NCBI GenBank assembly: GCA_964461255.1
Contig: CAYWTR010000012.1
Span: 3,694-67,693, forward strand
Origin: an uncultured Fibrobacteraceae bacterium
GTDB taxonomy: Bacteria > Krumholzibacteriota > Krumholzibacteriia > LZORAL124-64-63
Length of the DNA stretch: 64,000 nucleotides
Reading direction: 5' to 3'
The translations under genes were made by a program, and so were the position numbers. This document shows, one piece after another, positions 49,764 through 59,834 of this stretch. Within the stretch, counting starts at the first letter, position 1. Each line of letters begins with the position of its first letter. The notes under the pieces were generated by a model. That model ran no database searches. It had not been told where the DNA came from and saw only the letters and a list, made by a program, of their open reading frames with translations.

Positions 49764-50660
49764 ATGTCCGGCATCATCGAGGGCGTCAAGGCGCTCTTCA
49801 AGGGGCGCGACGACAAGCCCAACAACATCGTCTTCATCGTCTTCGACAGCTGCCGGCACGACGCCTACCAGGCGGCCCGCCATCCCAACCTCGACCGCAT
49901 CGCCCCCGCGGAGTTGCGCTACAGCTACGCCAGCTGGACCAGCCCCAGCCACTACGTCTTCCTGATGGGGATGATCCCGCACCTGAGCCCCAAGGGGGTG
50001 TTCGCCTCGAACGTCTACCGCGAGGAGTTCGCGCTCTGGTCGCGGCGGCTGAACATCCCGGACGTGGAATTCAAGAAATTCGTGCCGCAGCTGTCGCTGC
50101 CCTACTTCCTGAAGGCGGCCGGCTACTGGTGCGAAGGATGGGTCAGCCTGCCGGTGCTCAATCCGCTGACAAGCATCTCGGCCCATTTCGACAAGTACGA
50201 GCTGGCGCCTTCGCACAACGACCTGCCCGCCATCTTCGCGCAGCTGCAGTTCCGCGACGATCGCCCCAGCTTCTTCTTCATCAACACCGGCGAGACCCAC
50301 TACCCCTACCTGCTGCCGGGCGAGACCGCCGCCGACCTGCCGCACATCCATGGGGTGCACGGCGTGTTCAAGAACCTGGACGATTTCCTGAAGAACCCGT
50401 CCGAGTTCATGAAGGACCGCAAGCAGGAAGAGTTCTTCACCGCCGCCCAGTTCAAGTCGTTCTACGACAAGCAGGTGGCCAACGTGGAATGGCTCGATGG
50501 GGTGGTCGGCGAGTTCATGCAGCGATGCCCGTCCAACACCTACTTCATGATCATGTCAGACCACGGCGAGCTGTTCGGCGAGGACGGCTATTTCGGCCAC
50601 GGACCGATCTTCCACGAAAAGGTCTTCGAGGTCTTCTACCTGGAGGGCAAGCGACCATAG
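49764..50660 (+). CDS. Alkaline-phosphatase-superfamily (sulfatase-like) hydrolase, no signal peptide
   Basis: 298 aa. GAGGAGG SD. IVFIVFDSCRHDAY N-terminal metal/nucleophile region and MIMSDHGELFGEDGYFGHG C-terminal motif typical of the sulfatase/phosphotransferase fold. Exact family unclear. Confidence 0.5.
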   Translation: MSGIIEGVKALFKGRDDKPNNIVFIVFDSCRHDAYQAARHPNLDRIAPAELRYSYASWTSPSHYVFLMGMIPHLSPKGVFASNVYREEFALWSRRLNIPDVEFKKFVPQLSLPYFLKAAGYWCEGWVSLPVLNPLTSISAHFDKYELAPSHNDLPAIFAQLQFRDDRPSFFFINTGETHYPYLLPGETAADLPHIHGVHGVFKNLDDFLKNPSEFMKDRKQEEFFTAAQFKSFYDKQVANVEWLDGVVGEFMQRCPSNTYFMIMSDHGELFGEDGYFGHGPIFHEKVFEVFYLEGKRP

Positions 50661-50694
50661 AGGCCGCCGGTGGCGATGCGCTCGCCGGCGGCCT
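50661..50694. terminator. Bidirectional hairpin (10-bp stem AGGCCGCCGG/CCGGCGGCCT, 14-nt loop) between convergent genes
   Basis: Starts 1 nt after the TAG of the 49764..50660 gene and 27 nt after the stop of the minus-strand BNR protein gene; followed by CTGTCTTCG. Confidence 0.45.
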
Positions 50695-50720
50695 CTGTCT
50701 TCGACGCCGCGCCGTCCCCC

Positions 50721-53700
50721 CTACTCCGGCCGCCAGGCAGGCAGGCGGCCCGGGGTCCATGGCGCGCCCGCGGCCTCAAGGCGATCCTCGACCCGCCTGA
50801 GATCGATCTCGACCAGGGTCCGCAGCCGCGCCAGGACGTCGCCGAAGGCGGCGGCTGCGGTGTCATAGGCCTGGCGGTGCGTGGCGGTCGGCGCCGCGGT
50901 CGAACTCCAGTGGCCGTAGACGATTCCCTGCACGCGCGAGACCAGGCCCATCTTGCCCGGTTCGTTGCGGCGCGGCCGGGTGCGCTCGCCGCGCAGCGCC
51001 TCGGTCAGATCCTGCAGCCGCAGTTCGAGCGCGCGCAGCTCGCCGGCCAGGGCCGGGTCGGCGCCCGGCGTGTCGCGCAGCGCGACCTTGAGATGGTCCA
51101 GGCGCCCGCGCGTCTCGTCGATGGCCTTGTTGGCTCCCAGGACTGCGCGCTGCAGCCTTGCCGTCTTCTGCTGGAAGGCCAGGACCGCTGCCCGATCGGG
51201 CGCCGGCAGCGCGGCGATCCCCAGCGGTTCGGCGGCGAAGGTCTGCGGCTGCCCCAGCGGCGTCACCACGCCGTCGACCCGCTTGGCCAGGGCCACGGTG
51301 TAGCGACCCGGGGCGGCGAGCGGCCCCTCCGGGCCGACGTCCCAGGGATCGCCAGAGCGGGGTTTGAGGTCGGTCGGGTTGGCCGCCGGATAGCGCAGAT
51401 CCCAGGCGACGCGGTGGAAGCCGGCGCCGGTCGGTCCCTCCAGCCTCCGCGCCACGTTGCCGTCCTCGTCGGTGACGGTCAGCAGGATGGCCGGAGCCTC
51501 CTCGCGATCCTCGGCGCGCAGCGCGTCCCAACCGGGGTAGTTAACGTCCTTGCCCGCCTTCTTCAGCTCGCCCTCCTGCGCCTGCCGCTGCTGGCGCCTT
51601 GTCTTGATGTCCTCGGCCAGGCGATAGGTGAAGACCGCCCCGAAAGGCGGGTTGGGCGCCGTGTAGTAGGCGTCGCCCTGCGAGCCCTTCTCCAGCCAGC
51701 CCAGCGGCGAGGCGGGGATGTACATCAGGGCCGTCTTGACCGGGAACAGCGTCGCCTCGGCGGCCAGCAGGGCCGGCGTGACCCGCCGCAGCGGCGTGTA
51801 ATCATCCAGGACGTAGAAGCCGCGGCCGAACGAGGCGCACACCAGATCGTTCTCGCGCCGCTGGATCTCCAGGTCGCGCATGGCGATCGTCGGCACGCCG
51901 CCCTTGAGCTGGGTCCAACGCCGCCCGCCGTCGACCGTGAAGAAGACGCCGAACTCCGTGCCGGCGAACAGCAGCTCCGGATTGACGTGATCCTCGGCCA
52001 GCGCCCACACCGGGCCGCGCGCCGGCAGATCGCCCGCCACCGAGCGCCACGACCGTCCCCGATCGTCGCTGCGCAGGATGTAAGGCTTGAAGTCGGCCAT
52101 CTTGTGGTTGTTGAAGACGGCGTAGACGCGCCCCTCCGCGTGCAGCGACGCCTCCAGGTCGGCGACGTACGTCCGCTCCGGCACGCCGGGGAAGGTCTCC
52201 AGCCGCCGCCAGGTCGTGCCTCCGTCCTCGGTCACCTGCACCAGCCCGTCGTCGGTGCCGACGTAGAGCAGCCCTTCCCGCAGCGGCGATTCGGCCAGCG
52301 ACACGCAGTTGCCGTAGAACGAGGTCGAGGCGTTCTTGGCCACGGTGTCGACGCTCCAGATCCGCCCCATCACCTTCAGCTGGTTGCGGTCGAGCTGGCG
52401 GGTGAGGTCGGGGCTCACCGCGCGCCAGGTGTCGCCGCGATCGTCGCTGCGGAACAGGATGTTGGCGGCGAAGTAGAGCCGCGTGTGCAGGTGCGGGCTG
52501 ATCAGCAGCGGCGAATCCCAGTTCCAGCGCAGCTCGTCGGCGTCCGCCTCCGGCTGCGGCTGGATGTCGATCTGCTCGCCGTTGCGCCTATCGAAGCGCA
52601 CCAGGCCCCCGTGCTGGTACTGCGAGTAGACGATGTCGGGGTCGGTCGGATCGATCTGCGGCTTGAAGCCGTCGCCGCCCAGGGTGACGAACCAGTCGCA
52701 GTTGCGGATGCCGTGGATCGTGTTGGTGCGCGACGGCCCGCCCTGCGTGTTGTTGTCCTGGGTGCCGCCGTAGACGTTGTAGAACGGCAGATCGTTGTCC
52801 AGCGCCACCTTGTAGAACTGCGTCACCGGCAGGTTGGCCTTGTAGGCCCAGGTCGCGCCGCGGTCGAACGACTCGTAGACGCCGCCGTCGCAGCCCGCCA
52901 GCAGGTAGTCGGGATCGTCCGGCGAGAACACCAGGGCGTGGTTGTCCACGTGCTTGAAGCGCTCGCCGACGCGCCGGAAGTTGCGGCCGCCGTCGTCGCT
53001 GACCATCAGCCAGACGTCCATCGAGTAGATGCGGTCGAACTGGTGCGGGTCGGCGTAGATCTCCTGGTAGTACTGCGGGCTGCCGCTGACGTAGCCGCTC
53101 ATGCGTTGCCAGTTCTCGCCGCCGTCGGCCGAGCGGTAGAAGCCGCCGGCATCGCCCACCGATTCGACGATGGCGTAGACCACGTCCGGCCGCTGAGGGC
53201 TGATGGCCAGGCCGATGCGGCCCAGTTCCTCGGACGGCAGCCCCTTGGTGATCTTGCGCCAGCTCGCGCCGCCGTCGGTCGACTTGTGGATCGCGCAGCC
53301 CGGGCCGCCGTCGATCAGCGTCCAGACATGCCGCCGGCGCTGGTACGACGAGGCGTACAGGACGTCCGGATCGCGCGGATCGTGAACCAGGTCGCTGACG
53401 CCGGTGTCGGCGTCGATCGCCAGCACGCGGTTCCAGGTCGCGCCGCCGTCGGTGGTCCTGTAGAGGCCGCGATCGCCGCCCGGCCCCCACAGCGGCCCTT
53501 GCGCCGCGACGTAGACGATGTCCGTGTCGCGCGGGTCGATCACGATCTTGCCGATGTGCTCCGATTCCTTCAGACCGACGTTGGTCCAGGAGCGCCCGCC
53601 GTCGAGCGACTTGTAGACGCCGTCACCGAAGCCGACGCTGCGCTGGCTGTTGTTCTCGCCCGTCCCCACCCAGACGACCAGCGGCCGGCGCGGGTCGACC

Positions 53701-54089
53701 GCCACGCAGCCGATCGAGTAGGAGCCCTCGCCGTCGAAGATCGGCGTCCAGGTCGTGCCGGCGTTGACCGTCTTCCAGACCCCGCCGGAAGCCACCGCCA
53801 CGTACCAGATGCTGCGGTTGGTCGGATCGACCGCGATGTCGCCGATCCGGCCGGACATGAACGCCGGGCCGATCCCGCGCAGAGCCAGGCCGGTGAAGTT
53901 GCCGGCCTGGAAGGGATCCTTGGCATCCGGCCGCTCCGCCCCCGAGCCGCCCTTGGCGGGCGCGGCTGCCGCCGCGGCGGCGGCGGGCGGGGCGGTCATC
54001 ACGGCCGCCGCGGCGGCGGCGAGCGCGAACGTCAGGACCATGACCGCCGCGAGCGGGACGCCCGCGGCGCGAAGGGCACGGCGATGCAT
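50721..54089 (-). CDS. Secreted BNR/Asp-box repeat, sortilin/VPS10-like beta-propeller protein
   Basis: 1122 aa. AGGAG SD. Signal peptide. Numerous S-x-D-x-G-x-T-W Asp-box motifs (SLDGGRSW, TTDGGATW, STDGGASW, SADGGENW, VTEDGGTTW, SDDRGRSW, TVDGGRRW). C-terminal coiled-coil region. Confidence 0.75.
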   Translation of the reverse strand: MHRRALRAAGVPLAAVMVLTFALAAAAAAVMTAPPAAAAAAAAPAKGGSGAERPDAKDPFQAGNFTGLALRGIGPAFMSGRIGDIAVDPTNRSIWYVAVASGGVWKTVNAGTTWTPIFDGEGSYSIGCVAVDPRRPLVVWVGTGENNSQRSVGFGDGVYKSLDGGRSWTNVGLKESEHIGKIVIDPRDTDIVYVAAQGPLWGPGGDRGLYRTTDGGATWNRVLAIDADTGVSDLVHDPRDPDVLYASSYQRRRHVWTLIDGGPGCAIHKSTDGGASWRKITKGLPSEELGRIGLAISPQRPDVVYAIVESVGDAGGFYRSADGGENWQRMSGYVSGSPQYYQEIYADPHQFDRIYSMDVWLMVSDDGGRNFRRVGERFKHVDNHALVFSPDDPDYLLAGCDGGVYESFDRGATWAYKANLPVTQFYKVALDNDLPFYNVYGGTQDNNTQGGPSRTNTIHGIRNCDWFVTLGGDGFKPQIDPTDPDIVYSQYQHGGLVRFDRRNGEQIDIQPQPEADADELRWNWDSPLLISPHLHTRLYFAANILFRSDDRGDTWRAVSPDLTRQLDRNQLKVMGRIWSVDTVAKNASTSFYGNCVSLAESPLREGLLYVGTDDGLVQVTEDGGTTWRRLETFPGVPERTYVADLEASLHAEGRVYAVFNNHKMADFKPYILRSDDRGRSWRSVAGDLPARGPVWALAEDHVNPELLFAGTEFGVFFTVDGGRRWTQLKGGVPTIAMRDLEIQRRENDLVCASFGRGFYVLDDYTPLRRVTPALLAAEATLFPVKTALMYIPASPLGWLEKGSQGDAYYTAPNPPFGAVFTYRLAEDIKTRRQQRQAQEGELKKAGKDVNYPGWDALRAEDREEAPAILLTVTDEDGNVARRLEGPTGAGFHRVAWDLRYPAANPTDLKPRSGDPWDVGPEGPLAAPGRYTVALAKRVDGVVTPLGQPQTFAAEPLGIAALPAPDRAAVLAFQQKTARLQRAVLGANKAIDETRGRLDHLKVALRDTPGADPALAGELRALELRLQDLTEALRGERTRPRRNEPGKMGLVSRVQGIVYGHWSSTAAPTATHRQAYDTAAAAFGDVLARLRTLVEIDLRRVEDRLEAAGAPWTPGRLPAWRPE

Positions 54090-54113
54090 GGCGACTCCTG
54101 GGGGCAGGGGGTG

Positions 54114-55754
54114 TCAGATCTTCGGCCCCGCCCGGCGCACCGATTCGGGGCAGTCGTCGGCGAACTTCTTGAAGTTGTCGATGAAGCGCGAGGCCAGGCC
54201 CCGGTAGCGCTTCATGTACGCATCGGCGCTGGGCCACGAGGCAGCCGGATTCATGACGCCGTCCGGGATGTCCGGGCAGCTCTTGGGCACCTCGAAGCCG
54301 AAGATCGGGTCGACGCCGTAGGGGACGTCCAGCAGCTTGCCGTCGAGGGCGGCGTTGAGCATGGTGCGGGTGTACTTGATGCTGATGCGCTTGCCCACGC
54401 CGTAGGGGCCGCCCACCCAGCCGGTGTTCAGCAGCCAGCAGTTGACGCCGTAGCGCTCGATCTTGCGCCGCAGCAGCTCGGCGTAGTAGGCGGGCCGGTG
54501 CACCATGAAGGGGCCGCCGAAGCAGGTGCTGAACGTGATCTCGGGCTCCTCGCCCAGGCCGATCTCGGTGCCGGCGATCTTCGAGGTGTAGCCGCTGATG
54601 AAGTGGTAGAGCGCCTGGTCAACCGACAGCTTGGCGATCGGCGGCATCACGCCGGAGGCGTCGCAGGTCAGAAGGATGATGTTGCGCGGGTGTCCCCCGC
54701 GCTTTTCGGCCACGGCGTTGTCGATGAACTCCAGGGGGTAGGAAGCCCGCGTGTTCTCGGTCAGCGTGTCGTCGTCCAGATCGATCTTCCGCGTCACCGG
54801 ATCGTAGACCACGTTCTCGAGGATGGTGCCGAAGCGATGGGTGCAGGCGTAGATCTGGGGTTCGGCGCTGGGAGACAGCGCGATCACCTTGGCGTAGCAC
54901 CCGCCCTCGAAGTTGAAGACGCCGTCGTCGCTCCAGCCGTGCTCGTCGTCGCCGATCAGGCCGCGGCCCGGATCCGCCGACAGCGTCGTCTTGCCGGTGC
55001 CGGACAGCCCGAAGAAGAGCGCGGTCTGCCCGTCGCGGCCGACGTTGGCCGAGCAGTGCATGGTCATCACGCCCTGCAGCGGCAGCAGGTAGTTCATGAT
55101 GGTGAAGATGGCCTTCTTGATCTCCCCCCCGTAGCCGCTGTTGCCGATGATGCAAAGCTTCTGGGCGAAGTTGATGGCGATCACGGTCTGGCTGGGAGTC
55201 TGGTCGATCTGGGGAAAGGCCTTGAAGCCGGGGGCGGCGATCACCGTGAAATCGGGCACGTGGCGGCGGTATTCCTCGGCGGTCGCCGGCAGCAGGAACA
55301 TGTTGCGCGCGAACAGGCTGTGCCAGGCCAACTCGGTGACGATGCGCACCGGCAGGCGGTAGGCCTCGTCGGCGCCGCAGTAGCAGTCCTGCACGAAGAC
55401 ATCGCGCCCCTGCAGATAACCCTGCACGCGGTTGAACAGGTCGTTGAACTTGTCCATCGGGTAGGGGCGATTGTACTGCCCCCACCAGATGTGCTCCTCG
55501 GTGCTCGGCTCGCGCACGACCAGCTTGTCGTTGGCGGCCCGCGCGGTGTGCTTGCCGGTGGCGACCACCAGCGGCCCGTGGCGAGACAGACGCCCCTCGC
55601 CGCGGAAGACGGCCTCTTCGTAGAGCGCCTCGGATGGCAGGTTCCAGTAGACACGGTTCAGATCCACCAGGCCGTGGTTGACCAGCCCGAGGTCGGCCTT
55701 GAGCGCCGCCGCCTGCCCCTCGCTCGGCGTCTTGATGTCGAGGATGTTGTTCAT
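54114..55754 (-). CDS. pckA: Phosphoenolpyruvate carboxykinase (ATP)
   Basis: 546 aa. GAGGGA SD. Kinase-1a FFGLSGTGKTTLS. PEPCK-ATP specific blocks (GYTSKIAGTE, HCSANVG, IGDDEHGW). ATG overlaps the aminotransferase stop (ATGA). Confidence 0.9.
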   Translation of the reverse strand: MNNILDIKTPSEGQAAALKADLGLVNHGLVDLNRVYWNLPSEALYEEAVFRGEGRLSRHGPLVVATGKHTARAANDKLVVREPSTEEHIWWGQYNRPYPMDKFNDLFNRVQGYLQGRDVFVQDCYCGADEAYRLPVRIVTELAWHSLFARNMFLLPATAEEYRRHVPDFTVIAAPGFKAFPQIDQTPSQTVIAINFAQKLCIIGNSGYGGEIKKAIFTIMNYLLPLQGVMTMHCSANVGRDGQTALFFGLSGTGKTTLSADPGRGLIGDDEHGWSDDGVFNFEGGCYAKVIALSPSAEPQIYACTHRFGTILENVVYDPVTRKIDLDDDTLTENTRASYPLEFIDNAVAEKRGGHPRNIILLTCDASGVMPPIAKLSVDQALYHFISGYTSKIAGTEIGLGEEPEITFSTCFGGPFMVHRPAYYAELLRRKIERYGVNCWLLNTGWVGGPYGVGKRISIKYTRTMLNAALDGKLLDVPYGVDPIFGFEVPKSCPDIPDGVMNPAASWPSADAYMKRYRGLASRFIDNFKKFADDCPESVRRAGPKI

Positions 55755-56968
55755 AGCCAGTCCCTCACCAGCTTGCGGTCGCCGATATAGATCTCGTTCG
55801 GACTGTTCGGGTCGAGCGCCCACTTGATGCGTTCGATGCCGGTCATGAGGTCCTTGACCGTGCCGCCGTAGCTCAGGCGCAGGTGCCCCTCCATGCCGAA
55901 CTCCTTGCCTGGCACCGTGACCACCATGGCCTTGCGCAGCAGGAACTCGCACAGCTCCAGCGAATTGTTGCTGTAGGCGCGGAAATCGGGCAGGCAGTAG
56001 AAGGTGCCGCCCGGCCTGACGCAGCGCACGCCGCTGAAAGACTTGAGCTCCTGCATGATGACGTTGCGGTTGTTCTCCATGGTCTGCCGCAGGCTCTCGA
56101 CCACGCTCTGCAGGCCGTTGAGCGCTCCCTCGGCCGCCGCCTGCAGCACGGTGGCGGTGCACGACGTCGTCTGCGCCTGCACGTTGTTCATCACCTGCAC
56201 CAGCTTTCGGTTGGCCACCACCCAGCCCACCCGGAAGCCGGTCATGCCGTACAGCTTCGACACCCCGTTGACCGTGATCACCATCGTCGCTTCGAGGTCG
56301 CGCTTGGTATGGGCGTACGCCGGGACGGCGCGCTGCCCGTCGAACACGAGCTTGTGGTAGATGTCATCGGCGATCAGATAGATCTGCCGCCGCTCGCAGA
56401 AATCGACGATCTCGGCCAGGAACTCCTCGCTGTACACCACGCCCGAGGGGTTGTTGGGGCTGTTGACGATGATCGCCCGCGTGTAGGGCCCGACCACCCG
56501 TTCGATGTCGGCCAGCCGCGGCTGGAAGCTGCCGTCCTCCGGCGTCACCACCACCGGCACCCCGTAGCACATCTTGACCATCTCGGGGTAGCTGACCCAG
56601 TAGGGCGCCAGCAGGATGACCTCGTCCTGCGGATTGAGGATGCTGAAGAGCAGGTTGAACAGCGACAGCTTGGCGCCGGCCGAAACGATCACGTTCTCCG
56701 GCGCGGCGACGCGGTCGTAATTCTCTTCCGTGTACCGGATGATCGCCTTCTTCAGCGACGGCAGGCCGTCCGAGGGCGCGTACTTCACCTCCCCGCTGCT
56801 CAGGCGCGCGGCCGAGTTGAGGATGGCGTTGATGGGCGCCTTGTTCTTCGGCTCCCCGATGCCGAGGTGGATGACCGCCTCTCCCTTTTCCCTGAGGATG
56901 CGCGCCTCCTCGTTGAGCCGCAGCGTGGGCGACTCGGCGATGGCGCTGGCGAGTTTGCTGAGGATCAT
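55751..56968 (-). CDS. Pyridoxal-phosphate-dependent aminotransferase (class I, aspartate aminotransferase-like)
   Basis: 405 aa. Fold-type I pattern with PLP-Lys context NGVSKLYGMTGFRVGW; NPSGVVY; C-terminal R in SYG. Confidence 0.85.
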   Translation of the reverse strand: MILSKLASAIAESPTLRLNEEARILREKGEAVIHLGIGEPKNKAPINAILNSAARLSSGEVKYAPSDGLPSLKKAIIRYTEENYDRVAAPENVIVSAGAKLSLFNLLFSILNPQDEVILLAPYWVSYPEMVKMCYGVPVVVTPEDGSFQPRLADIERVVGPYTRAIIVNSPNNPSGVVYSEEFLAEIVDFCERRQIYLIADDIYHKLVFDGQRAVPAYAHTKRDLEATMVITVNGVSKLYGMTGFRVGWVVANRKLVQVMNNVQAQTTSCTATVLQAAAEGALNGLQSVVESLRQTMENNRNVIMQELKSFSGVRCVRPGGTFYCLPDFRAYSNNSLELCEFLLRKAMVVTVPGKEFGMEGHLRLSYGGTVKDLMTGIERIKWALDPNSPNEIYIGDRKLVRDWL

Positions 56969-57151
56969 GGCTCGTCGCTGCTCCCGGGGTCGGATAAAAG
57001 CACGGACCGCCGACCTGTCACGGCTGCCCGCTGCCGGTCAGCGGCCGAAGGAGGGCCGATGCGAACCCACGCGCCAAATCTATGCCGCGCTCCGCGGGGC
57101 GTCAATGCCGATGGGCGCGGGTCGATGGGGGCGGGCGGCCCGCGACGTCCC

Positions 57152-57180
57152 TTGACCGCCGGCACCCGCCAATCTATGTT
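57152..57180 (+). promoter_or_regulatory. Candidate sigma70 promoter TTGACC-N17-TATGTT for the antiporter gene
   Basis: Hexamers at 57152-57157 and 57175-57180 in the divergent intergenic region; the -10 overlaps one copy of a CGCCAA(A)TCTATG direct repeat. Confidence 0.35.
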
Positions 57181-57337
57181 GCCCCGGTCAGGGGATGGAG
57201 TCCCCCGTCAACCGCCCTCTTGGGGCTGATGACTCCTGTAGGAAGCTGGGCAGAGGGCCTCTTCTGCCCGCACGGCAACCGCAGGATGTTGGCCCGCTCA
57301 GGCGGCCCGTCGATCCGGATCCCGGGAGGACTCCCCC

Positions 57338-58588
57338 ATGCAAAGCGCCTTCGCCCTGGCTTTCTTCTGGCTCGCCCTGGCCGTTCTCGCCACCATCCTG
57401 GCCAACCGCATGCGCGTCTCAATGGCGCTGGTCGAGATCTGTGTCGGCGTCGCCGCCGCCGCCGTCGTGACCCGCTGGCTGGGTCCGCAGGCCTTGGGCG
57501 CCGATCAGGACTGGCTGCGATTCGTCGCCGCCATGGGCGCGGTGCTGTTGACCTTCCTGGCAGGCGCCGAACTCGACCCCACGGTCCTGCGCGCAAAATT
57601 GCGCGAGGTGCTCGTGGTCGGGCTGATCAGCTTCCTGGCGCCCTTCCTCTTCTGCGCCGCCGTGGCGCACTGGCTGCTGGGGTGGAACGGGCCGCAGAGC
57701 TGGCTGGCCGGCGTGGCGCTGTCCACCACGTCGATGGCGGTCGTCTACGCGGTGATGCTGGAATACGGCTTCAACCGCACCGAATTCGGCAAGGGCATCC
57801 TGGGCGCCTGCTTCATCACCGATCTCGGCACCGTTATCGCCCTGGGCCTGCTGTTCGCGCCCTTCTCGCGCCGTTCGATCATCTTCATCGCTGTCTGCGC
57901 CGTCACCTTCGCCCTGCTGCCCGTCGTGACCGCTGCGCTGACCCGCTGGTTCGGGCACCGCACAGCCGCCATCCGCACCAAGTGGATCCTGATGGTGCTG
58001 TGCGGCCTGGGCGCCCTGGCGCTGTGGGCCGGCAGCGAGGCGGTTCTGCCGGCTTACATCGCCGGCATGATCCTGGCCGGCACGGTCAGCCGCGATCAAT
58101 TCTTCATCCGCCGCCTGCGCACCCTGACCATCGGTTTTCTCACCCCGTTCTATTTCCTGCGCGCGGGTTCGCTGGTGTCGCTGCCGTCGCTCGCCGCCGC
58201 CCCGCTGGTGATCCTGGTTCTGCTGGCCGCCAAGATCGCCTCGAAGGTGTTCGGGCTGCATCCGGTCATCAGCCTCTTCCGCGCGCAGGCGCGCGAGCGC
58301 TGGTACTACACCCTGCTGATGTCGACAGGGTTGACCTTCGGCACGATCTCGGCGCTGTACGGTCTGTCCAACGGCATCATCAGCCAGGAGCAGTATTCGA
58401 TCCTGGTCATCGTGGTGATCGCCAGCGCCGTGGTCCCCACGCTGATCGCCAATGCTTTCTTCCTGCCCAGCCACCTGCTGCCGGCTCGGCCAACCGCCGA
58501 CGAGGAGCTGACCTTGCTCGACCGGGAGACGACCGGACCCACGGCCGCGCCCGCCAGCGACCACGCCAATGGCCTGCAGAACGAATGA
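57338..58588 (+). CDS. Cation:proton antiporter (CPA1/CPA2 family Na+/H+ exchanger)
   Basis: 416 aa. GGGAGGA SD. 11-13 TM helices with CPA signatures (LLTFLAGAELD, FFLRAGSLVSL). No C-terminal regulatory domain. Confidence 0.8.
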   Translation: MQSAFALAFFWLALAVLATILANRMRVSMALVEICVGVAAAAVVTRWLGPQALGADQDWLRFVAAMGAVLLTFLAGAELDPTVLRAKLREVLVVGLISFLAPFLFCAAVAHWLLGWNGPQSWLAGVALSTTSMAVVYAVMLEYGFNRTEFGKGILGACFITDLGTVIALGLLFAPFSRRSIIFIAVCAVTFALLPVVTAALTRWFGHRTAAIRTKWILMVLCGLGALALWAGSEAVLPAYIAGMILAGTVSRDQFFIRRLRTLTIGFLTPFYFLRAGSLVSLPSLAAAPLVILVLLAAKIASKVFGLHPVISLFRAQARERWYYTLLMSTGLTFGTISALYGLSNGIISQEQYSILVIVVIASAVVPTLIANAFFLPSHLLPARPTADEELTLLDRETTGPTAAPASDHANGLQNE

Positions 58589-58922
58589 AACGCGCGCGCC
58601 GCGCGCGAAGACGGCCGGCGCCGCTGCTCTTCGAATTGATGGCATGCAAACAACCTGGAGATTCTACCCGGGTAAAATCCAGGAGTTTCTGCGAGCATTG
58701 AGAGAGAACGAGCGGCAAACAGCCAGCGGATTTCGCCGCACGATCGGATTCATCCCGGCCAGTGGGGCGCCAGCTTGGGCCCGAGAGACCGCCATCGCAT
58801 GGCGCGCCGGCCACGCGCTGGCCACACGCGCTGGCCGCGACTGGCCCTGCGTGACCGATCCTGGTATCGTCTGGTGGAAACCTGCCCGACCCCCAAGCCG
58901 CCCTCGATCCCGGAGACCGCTC

Positions 58923-59744
58923 ATGCATTTCCAGACCGTGACGCACATGCGCTGTCAGGCGACGGCAACGGGGCACGGCCACGCCGGAATCCAGGCACGC
59001 CGCCCGGCCGCGGACCCAGCGCGCCGTCCGGCCGCGCCCCGGCCGGCGGATTCCCGCGCGGCGAGCCTCGCGACGGCGCTGTGCGCGCTCGCGCTCCTGG
59101 TTCCAGGCCTCGTCCCGGCCGTCCTGCCCACTCACGACGAGCCGACTCGCACCCTCTATCTCATCCGCCACGGGGAGTACGACCGCCAGAGCGCCGGCTG
59201 CAACCCCGCGGACGAGTGCGGGCTCGTGGCTCTGGGCCGCCAGCAGGCGCGCCTGTTGGCGGACCGCCTCGTGGCCATGCCGATCGCCTTCACCTCGCTC
59301 CAGACCAGCACCATGATCCGCGCCCGCGAGACCGCGGCGCTCATCGCCGAGCGCTTCCCCGACCTGGCTCCGTCCGGACACGACGACCTGCGCGAGTGCA
59401 CCCCGCCGACGCGCCGCGCCGACATCATGGCCGGCCTCGAGCCCGGTCATGCCGCGGACTGCGCCGCGACCCTGGCGGCGGCCTGGGCGCGGCTGGCCCG
59501 TCCGGCCGGCGGACCGCACGACGAGCACGATCTGTTCGTCTGCCACGGCAACGTCATCCGCTGGTTCGTCTGCCAGGCGCTGGAGGTCGATCCTGCCGCC
59601 TGGCTCGGCATGAGCATCGCCAACTGCAGCCTGACGATCGTGCAGATCCGCGCCGACGGCTCGGCCAAGCTCCTCGCCTTCGCCGACTCGGGGCACCTGC
59701 CCTATTCGATGACGACCTATCCGGGAGTGGCGGCCCCGCGGTGA
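58923..59744 (+). CDS. Histidine phosphatase family protein (phosphoglycerate-mutase-like), probably exported
   Basis: RHG motif LYLIRHGE; second catalytic His in LFVCHGNVIRW; hydrophobic signal-like segment ALCALALLVPGLVPA. Start at 58923 (GGAG upstream) rather than upstream in-frame ATGs, which have A/T-ending codons. Confidence 0.65.
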   Translation: MHFQTVTHMRCQATATGHGHAGIQARRPAADPARRPAAPRPADSRAASLATALCALALLVPGLVPAVLPTHDEPTRTLYLIRHGEYDRQSAGCNPADECGLVALGRQQARLLADRLVAMPIAFTSLQTSTMIRARETAALIAERFPDLAPSGHDDLRECTPPTRRADIMAGLEPGHAADCAATLAAAWARLARPAGGPHDEHDLFVCHGNVIRWFVCQALEVDPAAWLGMSIANCSLTIVQIRADGSAKLLAFADSGHLPYSMTTYPGVAAPR

Positions 59745-59834
59745 TCGCGAGCCGAGCCGCGAGCGTGCGGCGGCCTGCCCGTGGCGCCCGGACGCCGGGA
59801 CACCTCGGCCGCGCAGCGGCGTGCGCGCCGCCCG

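Noticed and set aside
58569-58922. Long N-terminal extension of the histidine-phosphatase ORF (including ATG 58644, MQTTWRFYPGKIQEFLRALREN...)
   Set aside because: The codons are mostly A/T-ending (CAA, ACA, AGA, GGT, AAA, TTT, GCA, TTG), which is foreign to this genome's coding bias. Treated as non-coding leader/intergenic.
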